A DNA stretch of 64,000 bases. It comes from a virus. Numbering within the stretch: the first letter of the stretch is position 1; each line of letters begins with the position of its first letter. Made by a program: the position numbers and the translations under genes. Shown piece by piece: positions 18,781 to 28,176 of the stretch. The notes under the pieces are model-generated. The model saw only the letters and a list, made by a program, of their open reading frames with translations. It searched no databases and was not told where the DNA came from. The stretch is taken from the IMG/VR virus record IMGVR_UViG_3300014773_000013. One strand, written 5' to 3'.

Positions 18781-20275
18781 TCAATTGTATAGCATCTAGC
18801 GCATCCGCCACGATGGCGCGCCCCTGGCGTAGCTCTGTCAGCCACACGGCGTTATTCTGCGCGTTCAGTTGCTCATTGCCGTCGCCGTCATCCTGCACAA
18901 TGCCGGCCTGTGGCTGCTGCTGCACAGGTGCCGGACCCACCGCTGGCGAGCCGGTGATCGCAATGCTGGCCTCATCTTGCGTCTGCCACCCTTCATCGCG
19001 CTTCGCTTTCTCGTTGGCAATTTGCATGGTTTCGGTTTGGGCGTCCCGTAACTTTTCCGCGGCGCGTAGTTCAGCGAAGGTGAACTTCACTTTCGCCTGA
19101 ATGCCCTGCGCTTCTAATGCGATGCTGAAGAGCCGGCCCAGCATGGTTTCGGCGTAATGTTGAATCGACTTGATGCCGGCGGCAAAAATTTCCCACTGGC
19201 GGTTGCTCTGCGTATCCCCCACCGAATCCGTAATCCCCAGCATCAGCGGCATTGTTTTTAACGCACGCACCGCCATGCGTTCCAGCGCCGTGATAATGGC
19301 ATCAATGCCGCCAAGCGAATCGGCATCCACCGTGCCAACCGGCCGGTTGACAATCACATTCGACGTGTGGATATAGGCGTCATCGGGCTGTAACTGCGCG
19401 TAGGCGTTCTCCACCTGCGTGACAAGTGACGTAGCCCAATTGTTGAACTGGTCTGTGTTGGCGGCCAGTTGTGGCGCCGATTCCAAGATTTTCGCAATGT
19501 CAATACTGATGTCAATGCGTGGATAGCCTTGCTGCTGGATGACGCGCTTCAAGTCGTGCATCACGCCTAACAAGAACAAGCTTGTGAACAGCGCGGGCGC
19601 GGCAAGTGGCCGGCCATAAGGCGACGACGGCAGCGGGTCAATCGGCACATAACGGAAGGTGGGAATATCCAGCGGTACGAAGTTGTAATCTTGCCACTGG
19701 CCAGGCTGCCACACGTCACCGCGCTCTGGATCGGTGCGACGGCGGAAGCGCACCGACGACGGGTCGGGCGTGGCAAGGTCAAGCGGGAAGCGCCCGCGCT
19801 TGTCCAACACAAGTTCAGCACACAGCGCACCACGCAGGAACGCACCGGTGAACAGGCGTCCAACCACAATATCGAATGTGCCATACTGATCTGACAGGCT
19901 GTCAATAAATGCCTGTGCAGCCGCCTGGCCGCGCGCATCCTCTTGGTCACTGCCGGGTCGTGTTACTTTCACGTCGTAGCCAGGGTTGCACAGGCGCAGG
20001 AAATCCCACAGCGCCCGGCTGACTTCCGGCGAAAGGTCGGCCAACATTTCGAGCAAGCGCGTAGGCGCAACCTGGTCAAAGTCCTTTGATGACAGATTGA
20101 GCAATTGCCAGTTTTGCTCATAGCTGGCCGGTGGTTGTACAATCCAGGTGGAAGACGAGAAGCTGTCCAGGGAATCCACCGACGTGCGGCCCTTGGGCAT
20201 GGCGCGCACGAGCACCGGCGCAACCGGTTTCCGCTGAAAGAATCGAATAAAACGTGTGTACCATGCCATGAGCAT
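18758..20275 (-). CDS. Portal protein
   Basis: About 500 aa after the terminase, with an SPYGRPL motif. Confidence 0.85.
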   Translation of the reverse strand: MLMAWYTRFIRFFQRKPVAPVLVRAMPKGRTSVDSLDSFSSSTWIVQPPASYEQNWQLLNLSSKDFDQVAPTRLLEMLADLSPEVSRALWDFLRLCNPGYDVKVTRPGSDQEDARGQAAAQAFIDSLSDQYGTFDIVVGRLFTGAFLRGALCAELVLDKRGRFPLDLATPDPSSVRFRRRTDPERGDVWQPGQWQDYNFVPLDIPTFRYVPIDPLPSSPYGRPLAAPALFTSLFLLGVMHDLKRVIQQQGYPRIDISIDIAKILESAPQLAANTDQFNNWATSLVTQVENAYAQLQPDDAYIHTSNVIVNRPVGTVDADSLGGIDAIITALERMAVRALKTMPLMLGITDSVGDTQSNRQWEIFAAGIKSIQHYAETMLGRLFSIALEAQGIQAKVKFTFAELRAAEKLRDAQTETMQIANEKAKRDEGWQTQDEASIAITGSPAVGPAPVQQQPQAGIVQDDGDGNEQLNAQNNAVWLTELRQGRAIVADALDAIQLNGYHAHS

Positions 20276-20523
20276 TAACCCTCGAAGTCAAAAATAATCA
20301 TCGTGTAAAAATAGCCAAGCACTTTTTCGTACTCTGTCAGGCAAACAGCGATACGTCTGGCGCGCTCGCTGCGTTCCTCCGGTTTTGCAGCTTTGAGCTT
20401 GCGATAGGTCGATAGTAGCTCATTCCATAATTCCATTTCTTCATCGGCAGTATCCGGCGCTTCCTCGGCGGGAAGCCCGGCCAATGCTTGCGTTGCCATA
20501 TCGATTGCTTGTTGCTTATCCAT
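20275..20523 (-). CDS. Hypothetical protein
   Basis: Coupled helical ORF between terminase and portal. Confidence 0.6.
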   Translation of the reverse strand: MDKQQAIDMATQALAGLPAEEAPDTADEEMELWNELLSTYRKLKAAKPEERSERARRIAVCLTEYEKVLGYFYTMIIFDFEG

Positions 20524-20527
20524 AATT

Positions 20528-21844
20528 TTACCAACCTTTTGATTTGCCTTGAACGAGCGGCATTGACGGTGCCTGTGTGTTTCCGAACGCTACCCAGATC
20601 CACGACTCCAGCGCATTGCACGCGTGATCGTTGCCGTCTTCTGGATGCACTTCTAATCCATGTTTGCCTTCTGGATATTTATAGCCTGACCGTATCTCAT
20701 CTAACAAGTGTTTGCACCGTCGGTGTATTTTGATTGCCCGGTGCTTGTTGGCGTCACAGATGAGACCGCGTGTTAATGTGATGGCCGCTAACCTGGTTGA
20801 CTTGCCGCCGCCTACTTTATTCTCCAACCAGTTGCGAGTATAGATGCCCGCAGATGTTAGGCGCTGCCGCAATGCCACCGCCTCATGCGATGCCACCGCT
20901 TGCCTAAGCACGGTCGTGCAGCGTTCGGTGTTGCGCTGCTTAATGTGTTCTATGGTATCCTCTTCCAACACTTTTTTTTCGTAAAGCTCATCAAAGACAA
21001 GAATGTCGCCATTACTCATGCGTTGTATAAATAGCGTAGCGCGTGGATCAATGTAACCATCATCTATAGCAATCTCAAATGGTCGTTCTGGATCTGGTTC
21101 AATGTCTACGATGTTTTCAGCCGTAAACACATCGTAGACCAGCCCTTCTACGCCGGCGTACCAGTCACCATGCAACCACGCTTCCCGCAACGGACCCGAT
21201 AGTGTACTAAGTTCCTGCCAGTAACTTGCGTCCAAATGCGGATTGTCATCAGGCAGCGCCGGTACAAAAGCAAACTCAGGAGCAATGTCTGCCATTTCTG
21301 GCGGGAACTGTCTTTCGATCCAATAGTCCCGCACCCAATTCGCTTCGGGATTCGTGGCCGCCACAAACTGCGTACGACTTACGCCAGGCCAACGCAGGGA
21401 ACCGCGTAGAATATTGAAAGTGCTTACCGGATTCTTGGTCAACTCATCAATGCCGATAATCGCAAACTCGAATGATTGATAGCGGCTTGGATCGTCCAAG
21501 TTACGCAACAAAATCGAGCCACCGCCATACTGAGGATGCAAATGGAAACCAAGCCCCTTGTCTTGCGTGGATTTGATTTCACCCAACCACGACGGAAACT
21601 CTTTTTTGATTTTCGTGATTTGCCGGCCAGTCAAACTTGGATAGTCTTCACACGCTAACATTACATCCACCCCTAGCACGCCCTCAGCAGCAAACATCAG
21701 CAGTCGGCGTAACAGGTAATAGCGCAGCCAATAACTTTTCCCAGGGCCACGACTGCCGCCGAATAGCATGTAGCGATACTTGTCGGCGGTTTCGGTAGCC
21801 TGCCATTGTTTGTCGGTAAACTGGCATATCTCGCTGAATTTCAT
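20528..21844 (-). CDS. terL: Terminase large subunit
   Basis: Walker A GGSRGPGKS, Walker B IGIDE, motif III ATNP, nuclease IDDG and NDHACNA. Start MKFSEIC overlaps the terS stop. Confidence 0.95.
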   Translation of the reverse strand: MKFSEICQFTDKQWQATETADKYRYMLFGGSRGPGKSYWLRYYLLRRLLMFAAEGVLGVDVMLACEDYPSLTGRQITKIKKEFPSWLGEIKSTQDKGLGFHLHPQYGGGSILLRNLDDPSRYQSFEFAIIGIDELTKNPVSTFNILRGSLRWPGVSRTQFVAATNPEANWVRDYWIERQFPPEMADIAPEFAFVPALPDDNPHLDASYWQELSTLSGPLREAWLHGDWYAGVEGLVYDVFTAENIVDIEPDPERPFEIAIDDGYIDPRATLFIQRMSNGDILVFDELYEKKVLEEDTIEHIKQRNTERCTTVLRQAVASHEAVALRQRLTSAGIYTRNWLENKVGGGKSTRLAAITLTRGLICDANKHRAIKIHRRCKHLLDEIRSGYKYPEGKHGLEVHPEDGNDHACNALESWIWVAFGNTQAPSMPLVQGKSKGW

Positions 21845-22329
21845 CGATCTACGGTGACTAATACCCTGCTTTTTAGGTCTACTTCGCTTTTCTCTGGCGC
21901 ATCCAGGCCCAACAGTTTGCACCGCCGGTCAATGCAGGATAGCACGCCTTGCAGGAATGCCGGGTTGCCGTCGCGCTGCTCTTTCTCCATGCTCGACTTT
22001 TTGACGATGGGCTTGCCGCTCTTGTCCTTTGTGCCGTCGGTCTCTTGCCGCGCCTTGGTGCGTTCGGCCTTGCTTGACTCCCACGCAGCCCAGAACTCGC
22101 GTTCTAACTCGTCTATGCGTGACAGTTCCTTTTGCTTGGCCTCGTCAAGGTTCAGCGTGGTGGACTCGCGCCACCGTTTTTGCACCACGCGCAGATCGTA
22201 ACTAACCTGCTGTTGCGTCAAGCCCAGTTCAGCGGCAATGTCAGCCTGACGCCACCCGCGCAGATAGAGCGATGTAATTCGCTCGTAGTCTGCTTCTCGT
22301 TGGAACCCGCTGCGTGTGTTTGCTGCCAT
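21841..22329 (-). CDS. terS: Terminase small subunit
   Basis: N-terminal HTH (QADIAAELGLTQQQVSYDL), C-terminal RRCKLLGLDAP; directly upstream of terL. Confidence 0.85.
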   Translation of the reverse strand: MAANTRSGFQREADYERITSLYLRGWRQADIAAELGLTQQQVSYDLRVVQKRWRESTTLNLDEAKQKELSRIDELEREFWAAWESSKAERTKARQETDGTKDKSGKPIVKKSSMEKEQRDGNPAFLQGVLSCIDRRCKLLGLDAPEKSEVDLKSRVLVTVDR

Positions 22330-22331
22330 AA

Positions 22332-23519
22332 TTAGGTACTGATTAACACCGGCTCAATATTCGTGTGCTGATAAAACCGCTCAATCGCTACGCCAACATA
22401 GTTTGGCGAAATTTCTACGGCGCGGCACTTGCGCCCAAGGTTCTGGCAGGCGATTAGGGTGGTGCCGCTGCCACTGAATGGTTCAAACACCGTATTGCCT
22501 TCAGCGGTATAGTCTTCAAGAATAGCCGCCATAATAGCCACCGGCTTTTGTGTTGGGTGAAAACGTTCCTTCTCTTTACCAATCAGTCCGTTATATTGCA
22601 CGGTGTATTTTTTAACTGAATCCCTGTCTATGTTTGTCCAAGCCAATTCGCAGTCGCCAAAGGTGGGCATTGTGTTAAGCTTATCCCATACGAGCCAATG
22701 CTTTGACTGCGGCAAGATGTCTGCAAAGAAATTTCCGCCAAACACGATTGACTTTTTGGCAATCATTAGAAGCGCATCAAACGTCACCTTTTCAGGCCGA
22801 CTAGAATCCCAATCATCGGCGTATTGTCGGCGCGCAATGGGAGATCCGTTGCCGCCAAAGCCATCCGCTCCACCAAAGCCCTTGTCGCGCTGAATACCAT
22901 AAGGCGGGTCAGTGAACATCATGTCTGCCTTCTCCCCGCCCATCACCCTTGCCACAACTGCCGGATCGGTGCAATCGCCACACACTAGCCGGTGCTCACC
23001 AAGCGCCCAAAGCTGTCCACTGCTCACGTTCCACTTGACGCGCAGTTCCTCGGCCTTATCAATTTCCGGCGGCGTGTCAGTCCCTGCGCTTGTTGGTTCC
23101 GGCTGCATGTCGGCAAACATGGCTTCCAACTCGTCGCTATCAAAGCCCCATGCGGTTAAGTCATTAAAATCAAAATTCTCGAACAGTGAAGATGTGTCCC
23201 ATTCACCCGCCGCACCTTTGTGCAGATACACCGTCAACTGTTGGCGCTCCCGTTCGGTCAGCACGCGGTTGGCGACCCTAACGTCAACCGCGTAATCCAT
23301 GCCGTATTGCCCTGCTAACACGTTCAGGCGCTGGTGGCCATTCAACACCCCGTTGCGGCAATCAATGGCGAGGGTCTCCACCTGCCCGAACGTCTCCACG
23401 CTATCGACGAGGCGTTCGGCTTGTGCGTTGTTGATCGTGCGCGGGTTGCGCTCCCACGGGATTAGGTCGCTGAGTTTACGCTTTTCGTTAGTCCAGGTAA
23501 TGCCTTGCTTTTTAGCCAT
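22332..23519 (-). CDS. ParB-like N-domain fused to an N4/N6 DNA methyltransferase
   Basis: LIPWERNPR and NGHQR (ParB-like); TDPPYG, HPTQKP and EPFSGSGTT (beta-class MTase). Confidence 0.9.
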   Translation of the reverse strand: MAKKQGITWTNEKRKLSDLIPWERNPRTINNAQAERLVDSVETFGQVETLAIDCRNGVLNGHQRLNVLAGQYGMDYAVDVRVANRVLTERERQQLTVYLHKGAAGEWDTSSLFENFDFNDLTAWGFDSDELEAMFADMQPEPTSAGTDTPPEIDKAEELRVKWNVSSGQLWALGEHRLVCGDCTDPAVVARVMGGEKADMMFTDPPYGIQRDKGFGGADGFGGNGSPIARRQYADDWDSSRPEKVTFDALLMIAKKSIVFGGNFFADILPQSKHWLVWDKLNTMPTFGDCELAWTNIDRDSVKKYTVQYNGLIGKEKERFHPTQKPVAIMAAILEDYTAEGNTVFEPFSGSGTTLIACQNLGRKCRAVEISPNYVGVAIERFYQHTNIEPVLIST

Positions 23520-23799
23520 CGGTCTTCTTCACTATCGAATCAATGTAATCATCGTCGGGGTGCCGGTACTCTTTCAACGGGTCGGAAACAAACTTGCCGC
23601 TTGCGTTTCTCAGTTCGACCCAGTAGCGCCCCTCATGTGGCCGCCAATCGAATGCTTCATCCAACTCGGTCAACAGTTGCGCCATTTGTTGCTGCCACGC
23701 TACCGGCATCCGTTGCATGATAGAACGCGGTACGGTCAAGTACTGCGCATAGGTCAGCTCGAACCAGTCGTGGATCGGGCGAGAAGATACAATGTTCAA
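23512..23799 (-). CDS. Hypothetical protein
   Basis: Coupled ORF, WFELTYAQYLTVPRS. Confidence 0.6.
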   Translation of the reverse strand: MNIVSSRPIHDWFELTYAQYLTVPRSIMQRMPVAWQQQMAQLLTELDEAFDWRPHEGRYWVELRNASGKFVSDPLKEYRHPDDDYIDSIVKKTDG

Positions 23800-24143
23800 T
23801 TCACCCCCGCCAACTGCTCAACCTCAAAGATCGCCACGGCCCGCCCCACTAGCCCATTGCCCAGCGTCGAATTGTACGTCCAGGTAATCAGCAGGTGACG
23901 TTCAGTGCTGGTGGCAGTGGTCACCGCAAGGTCGTCACCGGACAGCAGGAACGCCACGGACGCCGCGGGCGTAACAGCCACGGCTGTGCGCGAATTGATG
24001 ACGGTGCCGCGCCTGTCCGTCAGCGTCCAGGTGATAGTCAACGGCGTGACAGCAACCGGCGGCGTTGAGGCGTCGTAGAATGCACTTATCGATACTACCG
24101 CGCTCGCCTCTTCCGCCGGCTTAATTTCTATCGTTGTGGCCAT
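23796..24143 (-). CDS. Putative structural protein (beta-sandwich-like)
   Basis: 115 aa, Thr/Val-rich strands. Confidence 0.6.
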   Translation of the reverse strand: MATTIEIKPAEEASAVVSISAFYDASTPPVAVTPLTITWTLTDRRGTVINSRTAVAVTPAASVAFLLSGDDLAVTTATSTERHLLITWTYNSTLGNGLVGRAVAIFEVEQLAGVN

Positions 24144-24497
24144 TTACTCACAATCCTCTATGTCAATCGTTGCGCTTGGCGCGGTCATGTTAAGTGTTGC
24201 CGACGGTATACTCATGGCGATGGTGGCGCCGGGTATCGTCATGGTGAACGCCGCGCTTGGCGCGGTCATGGCGAGTGTTGCCGCCGGTATGCTCATGGCG
24301 ATGGTGGCGCCGGGTATCGTCATGGTGAACGCCGCGCTTGGCACGCTCATGCTGAACGTTACGACGGGTATCGTCATGATGATGTCACCGATGCAGACTT
24401 TGCCGACTGCCACGTCGTAAGATGGGTAATAGCCGAATGTGGCAATGTTCAGTGCCCGGCGCCACCCACGGACGGCGATCCGCTTTGCCCGGTGCAT
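24144..24497 (-). CDS. Protein with eight 9-aa repeats (xxM[TS]xPxxx)
   Basis: IIMTIPVVT FSMSVPSAA FTMTIPGAT IAMSIPAAT LAMTAPSAA FTMTIPGAT IAMSIPSAT LNMTAPSAT; 81-bp higher-order DNA repeat. Confidence 0.7.
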   Translation of the reverse strand: MHRAKRIAVRGWRRALNIATFGYYPSYDVAVGKVCIGDIIMTIPVVTFSMSVPSAAFTMTIPGATIAMSIPAATLAMTAPSAAFTMTIPGATIAMSIPSATLNMTAPSATIDIEDCE

Positions 24498-25213
24498 TAC
24501 GCCACCGCCCTGGTTGTGGCTGTCAATGTGTGCGTAACTCTTGGCGTTGCATCGTCTGGTGCATAGAAAATGAGTTCAGTCGGATCGTTGGCGTCGTTGG
24601 CGACAAACTTGCCACGAATGACGGCATAGACAGCCTTTAGCACAGTCTCGACGCTGTGTCCAGTCTCGACGGTGTACGACAGAACCGCTATCGCAATCGC
24701 CGCTGTGCCAGGTATGGCGGCAATGATGGCGGCTTGCGCTGTGTCCAGTTCGGCTTTGGTTGGCGGGTCGTAGGCCGTAAGTGCAGCCGCAGCCGCACTT
24801 TGCGCCTGTGCGCTGCTAAGGTTGTTCAAAGCGGCAATGGCGTTCGTGATGGCCGTCTGCGCGTCGCTCACGTTCGTTGGCGTAGCGAAGCCGGTCGCCG
24901 TGGCCCATGCGCCCGCGCCGTGTGTGCTGGAAAGTTGTGTGTCAATGTCGCCAACTGTTGGCGCTGTAGCCGGTGCCGCGTCTACCGCAATGCGTAGATA
25001 CTCTGTGGCTGCAATGCCCACCGCTACTACGCCACCCGCATCAGGCAACGACAGGCCAGGATGATGCCATCCGCCAGACCCCGCGGGCGCTTCGTACCAG
25101 CCGGTTGTGCTGAACGCGGCGTAACTGGTGCTGCCATCTAGTTGGTAGATCGTTGCACCGATGGCCAGGCCGGTTTTGCTTGCGCCAAGCAGCGCGTCAA
25201 ACGGTGTAATCAT
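24497..25213 (-). CDS. Putative structural protein (Ala-rich)
   Basis: 238 aa, coupled at both ends, YDPPTKAEL motif. Confidence 0.65.
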   Translation of the reverse strand: MITPFDALLGASKTGLAIGATIYQLDGSTSYAAFSTTGWYEAPAGSGGWHHPGLSLPDAGGVVAVGIAATEYLRIAVDAAPATAPTVGDIDTQLSSTHGAGAWATATGFATPTNVSDAQTAITNAIAALNNLSSAQAQSAAAAALTAYDPPTKAELDTAQAAIIAAIPGTAAIAIAVLSYTVETGHSVETVLKAVYAVIRGKFVANDANDPTELIFYAPDDATPRVTHTLTATTRAVA

Positions 25214-25509
25214 GCTGTTGTGTTATCCGTAATCAATCCCAGTGCAGCCAGTGCAGTCAACAGGTTGGCGAGCGCCGCCTCTGTGTCAGCGCGGCTGCCG
25301 GTAATGTCAGGCGGATTGCTGCCCGCCACCACATTGACAAAGCCGTCCTCGGTCGTTGGACAAATCAGCAATTTACCTTCGTTGCCGCTGTCTGTACACA
25401 TGGCAAGTTCCCCGGCCCACCCCTGCACGGTTGCCTCTAAGGTGGCCTTTTCGCCGGTGCCTGCCCGAATGATCATCGGCGTTTTATTTAGCATTAGACG
25501 CCGCCTCAC
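25210..25509 (-). CDS. Putative fibre/decoration-type small protein
   Basis: GELAMCTD and ITGSRADTEAALANLLTALAALGLITDNT resemble phage fibre motifs. The start may be MLNKTP. Confidence 0.55.
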   Translation of the reverse strand: MRRRLMLNKTPMIIRAGTGEKATLEATVQGWAGELAMCTDSGNEGKLLICPTTEDGFVNVVAGSNPPDITGSRADTEAALANLLTALAALGLITDNTTA

Positions 25510-25828
25510 TTATGCGCTTTTTTAGTTCATCGCCAAATGTTTCGTCGAGAGCCAATGGCACAATATAATAATGGGCCTTGAACTCCTGAATCATTTCGCT
25601 TCTGAGATCTGGATAATTCAACCATCTATCAGCAACGTTAAAACACCATTCGTTGCTGATAGTCTTCTCTGCTTTACTGGCATAGGATACCTGTTTTTCT
25701 ATCCAAGCTTGCACGGTTGCCGACAGGTAAGCATCTGCTTTTTCCGTTGAAGAGAAAAGACCTTCAACAATATGGCCCTCTTCCCACTGCTCTTTGGAGA
25801 GCACGAGATACAATGTTTTATTTAGCAC
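25484..25828 (-). CDS. Hypothetical protein (AT-richer)
   Basis: 114 aa, VEGLFSSTEKA motif. Confidence 0.6.
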   Translation of the reverse strand: MLNKTLYLVLSKEQWEEGHIVEGLFSSTEKADAYLSATVQAWIEKQVSYASKAEKTISNEWCFNVADRWLNYPDLRSEMIQEFKAHYYIVPLALDETFGDELKKRISEAASNAK

Positions 25829-26177
25829 TGGCCGCCCCCGTCAATCGTTTTTTCACTACATCAACAAACCACTGCGGGTCATCAAGCGCCCGCCGTAAAA
25901 ACTTCGGTTGCTCCCGTAGCTCTGCGACAATTTTCTCCTGCAATGCAGGCCGCTTTTGCAGCGCTGCCCACTCCGCCGGAAAGTCAGCCATCAGAATGGC
26001 CTGTAATTTACGAAGCCCTATCACGAAAAAATCATCACGGTTGCGGTCGGCCACGGTAGACAGGTCGCGCAGCACGCGCCGCGCGTTGGCGTAGCCATCG
26101 GGAACCGTGACGACTTCGCCGGCGACGCGGCGTTTGCCGTCAATGATGTCATCGGTAGCGATAATGGCGATTTTCAT
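25818..26177 (-). CDS. Hypothetical protein
   Basis: Start MKIAIIAT at 26177 (ATGA overlap). Confidence 0.6.
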   Translation of the reverse strand: MKIAIIATDDIIDGKRRVAGEVVTVPDGYANARRVLRDLSTVADRNRDDFFVIGLRKLQAILMADFPAEWAALQKRPALQEKIVAELREQPKFLRRALDDPQWFVDVVKKRLTGAASAK

Positions 26178-27007
26178 ACGAGCGTCCCCGTTCCGAGACA
26201 TGGCGACGTTGGGCGTAACGCGAAATTGCCGCTGGCCGCGTCTACAAAGAGCGGGTCGCTGGTGATATTGCCGGTGCCAACCGGCCAACCTGTGTTGATA
26301 TTCCGCCTACAATTTGAGATACTAGTACCGTTGGTTGTCACACTGCTAGTAGCAAAATTCGTGAAATTCCAATTCTGACCGCTGCTATTCAAGAAAATAT
26401 TATTCGTATCATTAACGGTGATCGTTATTGCGGCATTACTGCCACCTAGCAACCCAAATGTAGCCGCCATAGTTTCGACGGAAATGATGCTATTCGTCAG
26501 CGTAATCGTGGACGACGTCGGATTACGGAAACCGAACAGTGCATGAAAAAACGACGAACTAGCATCTCTCGTCGGATTATCGACTAAGCATCCTATTAGA
26601 GTCGTGTTGACATTTGCCGCAACGGTTACATGTGAGAATAGTGCGTAGCCTATCGTGCTGTTCACGTAGATGAGGTCAATAAACTGACATTTTTCGAATA
26701 TCGCACCTTTGCACGTAAACATCGTTGTGCCGGTGTTAGTGAATTTGAGATTCTGGACGGTGGTGTCCACCACTGCCCAGACGACCGCGGCAGTGGCATT
26801 GAAAATTGCTGGATTGTCGGCGCTGGGACCTATAACTGTGCGGCTGATAATAGTCGCCGTAGCAAATGTGTATGTCCCCGCGGCCACAATGCAGGTGTCC
26901 CCGCTGGCGCTGCTGCTCAGAAATTTGGCGAAGGTGGCCCACGGCGTAGCCTCGGAACCGTTGCCGGTCGTATCGTTGCCGGTGGTAGCGATGTAATAGG
27001 TTGCCAT
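26174..27007 (-). CDS. Right-handed beta-helix (pectin-lyase-like) protein
   Basis: YYIATTGNDTTGNGSEATPWAT...AAGTY N-terminus and GNITSDPLFVD...FALRPTSPC C-terminus; AT-rich central part. Confidence 0.8.
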   Translation of the reverse strand: MATYYIATTGNDTTGNGSEATPWATFAKFLSSSASGDTCIVAAGTYTFATATIISRTVIGPSADNPAIFNATAAVVWAVVDTTVQNLKFTNTGTTMFTCKGAIFEKCQFIDLIYVNSTIGYALFSHVTVAANVNTTLIGCLVDNPTRDASSSFFHALFGFRNPTSSTITLTNSIISVETMAATFGLLGGSNAAITITVNDTNNIFLNSSGQNWNFTNFATSSVTTNGTSISNCRRNINTGWPVGTGNITSDPLFVDAASGNFALRPTSPCLGTGTLV

Positions 27008-27723
27008 TACGCGGTTATCTCCCTGCCGACAATCTGTTGGTGCGCCGGATAAGCCCCCATGCTCACGCTGTACTGTTGCGCCAGGGGAAGCCCGTTCAGC
27101 CCTAACTCATCTGAATTTCCGCTCATCACTTCAATCCACCAATCGAAACCGATAGGCCGGTGCTCCAACTCGTAAGCGCCGTTGTCGTCTTCACGGAACC
27201 GAAAGCCGAGCACAATGTCATTCCAGACGCCATTTAAGTACGCCTGATAGGTGCTATCGCTGACTCTGATGCCACCCTCATCCGTGTTGTCATTGCCACC
27301 TATCGCGCTGTTGTAAATCGTCTTATCCGTGATGTACTCCGCTGAGTATCCAGCCCGGTCGTTGGCTACCGTCGGGTGCAACAGGCCCATGTCTGCCGTG
27401 TTCCCCTGCTCGATGAGTTCCAGCGGCGCGACGTACCAAGCGGAGCCGTTCCACACGAACATCTCCAGCGTATCGGTGGACAGCGCCACGGTGCGCAGGG
27501 CGGGCGACGAGGCCAGGATGTTGGCGCGGGTTTCACTTACCAACTCAAATCCAGCGTACACAAACGCCCCGGTGTCATGGTCGTAGGTAATCGCCTTGGC
27601 ATCGTCGCCAGCCGTGGGCGCGGGCAAGTCGGTGAAAAAGCCCTCACCAAGTCTTGACGGAACATAAACCACTACAGCCATAGCCACAGCCCCCACGTCG
27701 CTACGCCAACGATCAGCACGCAC
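27007..27723 (-). CDS. Putative structural protein
   Basis: Long ORF with STDTLEMFVWNGSAW and AYLNGVW fibre-like motifs. The start may be 27681. Confidence 0.6.
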   Translation of the reverse strand: MRADRWRSDVGAVAMAVVVYVPSRLGEGFFTDLPAPTAGDDAKAITYDHDTGAFVYAGFELVSETRANILASSPALRTVALSTDTLEMFVWNGSAWYVAPLELIEQGNTADMGLLHPTVANDRAGYSAEYITDKTIYNSAIGGNDNTDEGGIRVSDSTYQAYLNGVWNDIVLGFRFREDDNGAYELEHRPIGFDWWIEVMSGNSDELGLNGLPLAQQYSVSMGAYPAHQQIVGREITA

Positions 27724-27766
27724 ACCGGCCCGCAGCCGGCGAGAAGTTGAACAAGACAGTTACGCA

Positions 27767-28000
27767 TTAGCCTAACAGCACCTTGCTGATATAGCTTCGA
27801 CGCTGTACAGGCTCAACACCACGGCTCGCCATCTCTGGCGTTTCTTCGCCGGCTGCCGTGAAGAGTTTAAGGATCACTGGAATGGCTGCAATTAGGATAG
27901 GTGCCCAAGGCACGCCAGCACCCGCGCCAGTGGAAAAATACTCTACGGCCCAGGCCGCTACGGCCAGCAAAAGTGAATATATGATTCCCGGTACTGTCAT
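27767..28000 (-). CDS. Holin-like two-TM protein
   Basis: Two TM helices and a charged C-terminus at the end of the lysis cassette; start MTVPG. Confidence 0.6.
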   Translation of the reverse strand: MTVPGIIYSLLLAVAAWAVEYFSTGAGAGVPWAPILIAAIPVILKLFTAAGEETPEMASRGVEPVQRRSYISKVLLG

Positions 28001-28176
28001 TTTGTTTCCCCCATTACTGCAATGCAATCACCGATTGCTGATTGTGCGATGTATGAATCTAGGATACTCGCGCCGATGGTAACCATCACGACCGCCGCGA
28101 TGAGAACGATGTAGGCTGCTGTTTGGATGGCGTGCCACTCGATAGACCAACTGAAACTGACAGGTTCATCGTCCAT
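27997..28176 (-). CDS. 59-aa single-TM protein
   Basis: Manually translated MDDEPVSFSWSIEWHAIQTAAYIVLIAAVVMVTIGASIL...; coupled on both sides. Confidence 0.5.
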   Translation of the reverse strand: MDDEPVSFSWSIEWHAIQTAAYIVLIAAVVMVTIGASILDSYIAQSAIGDCIAVMGETK

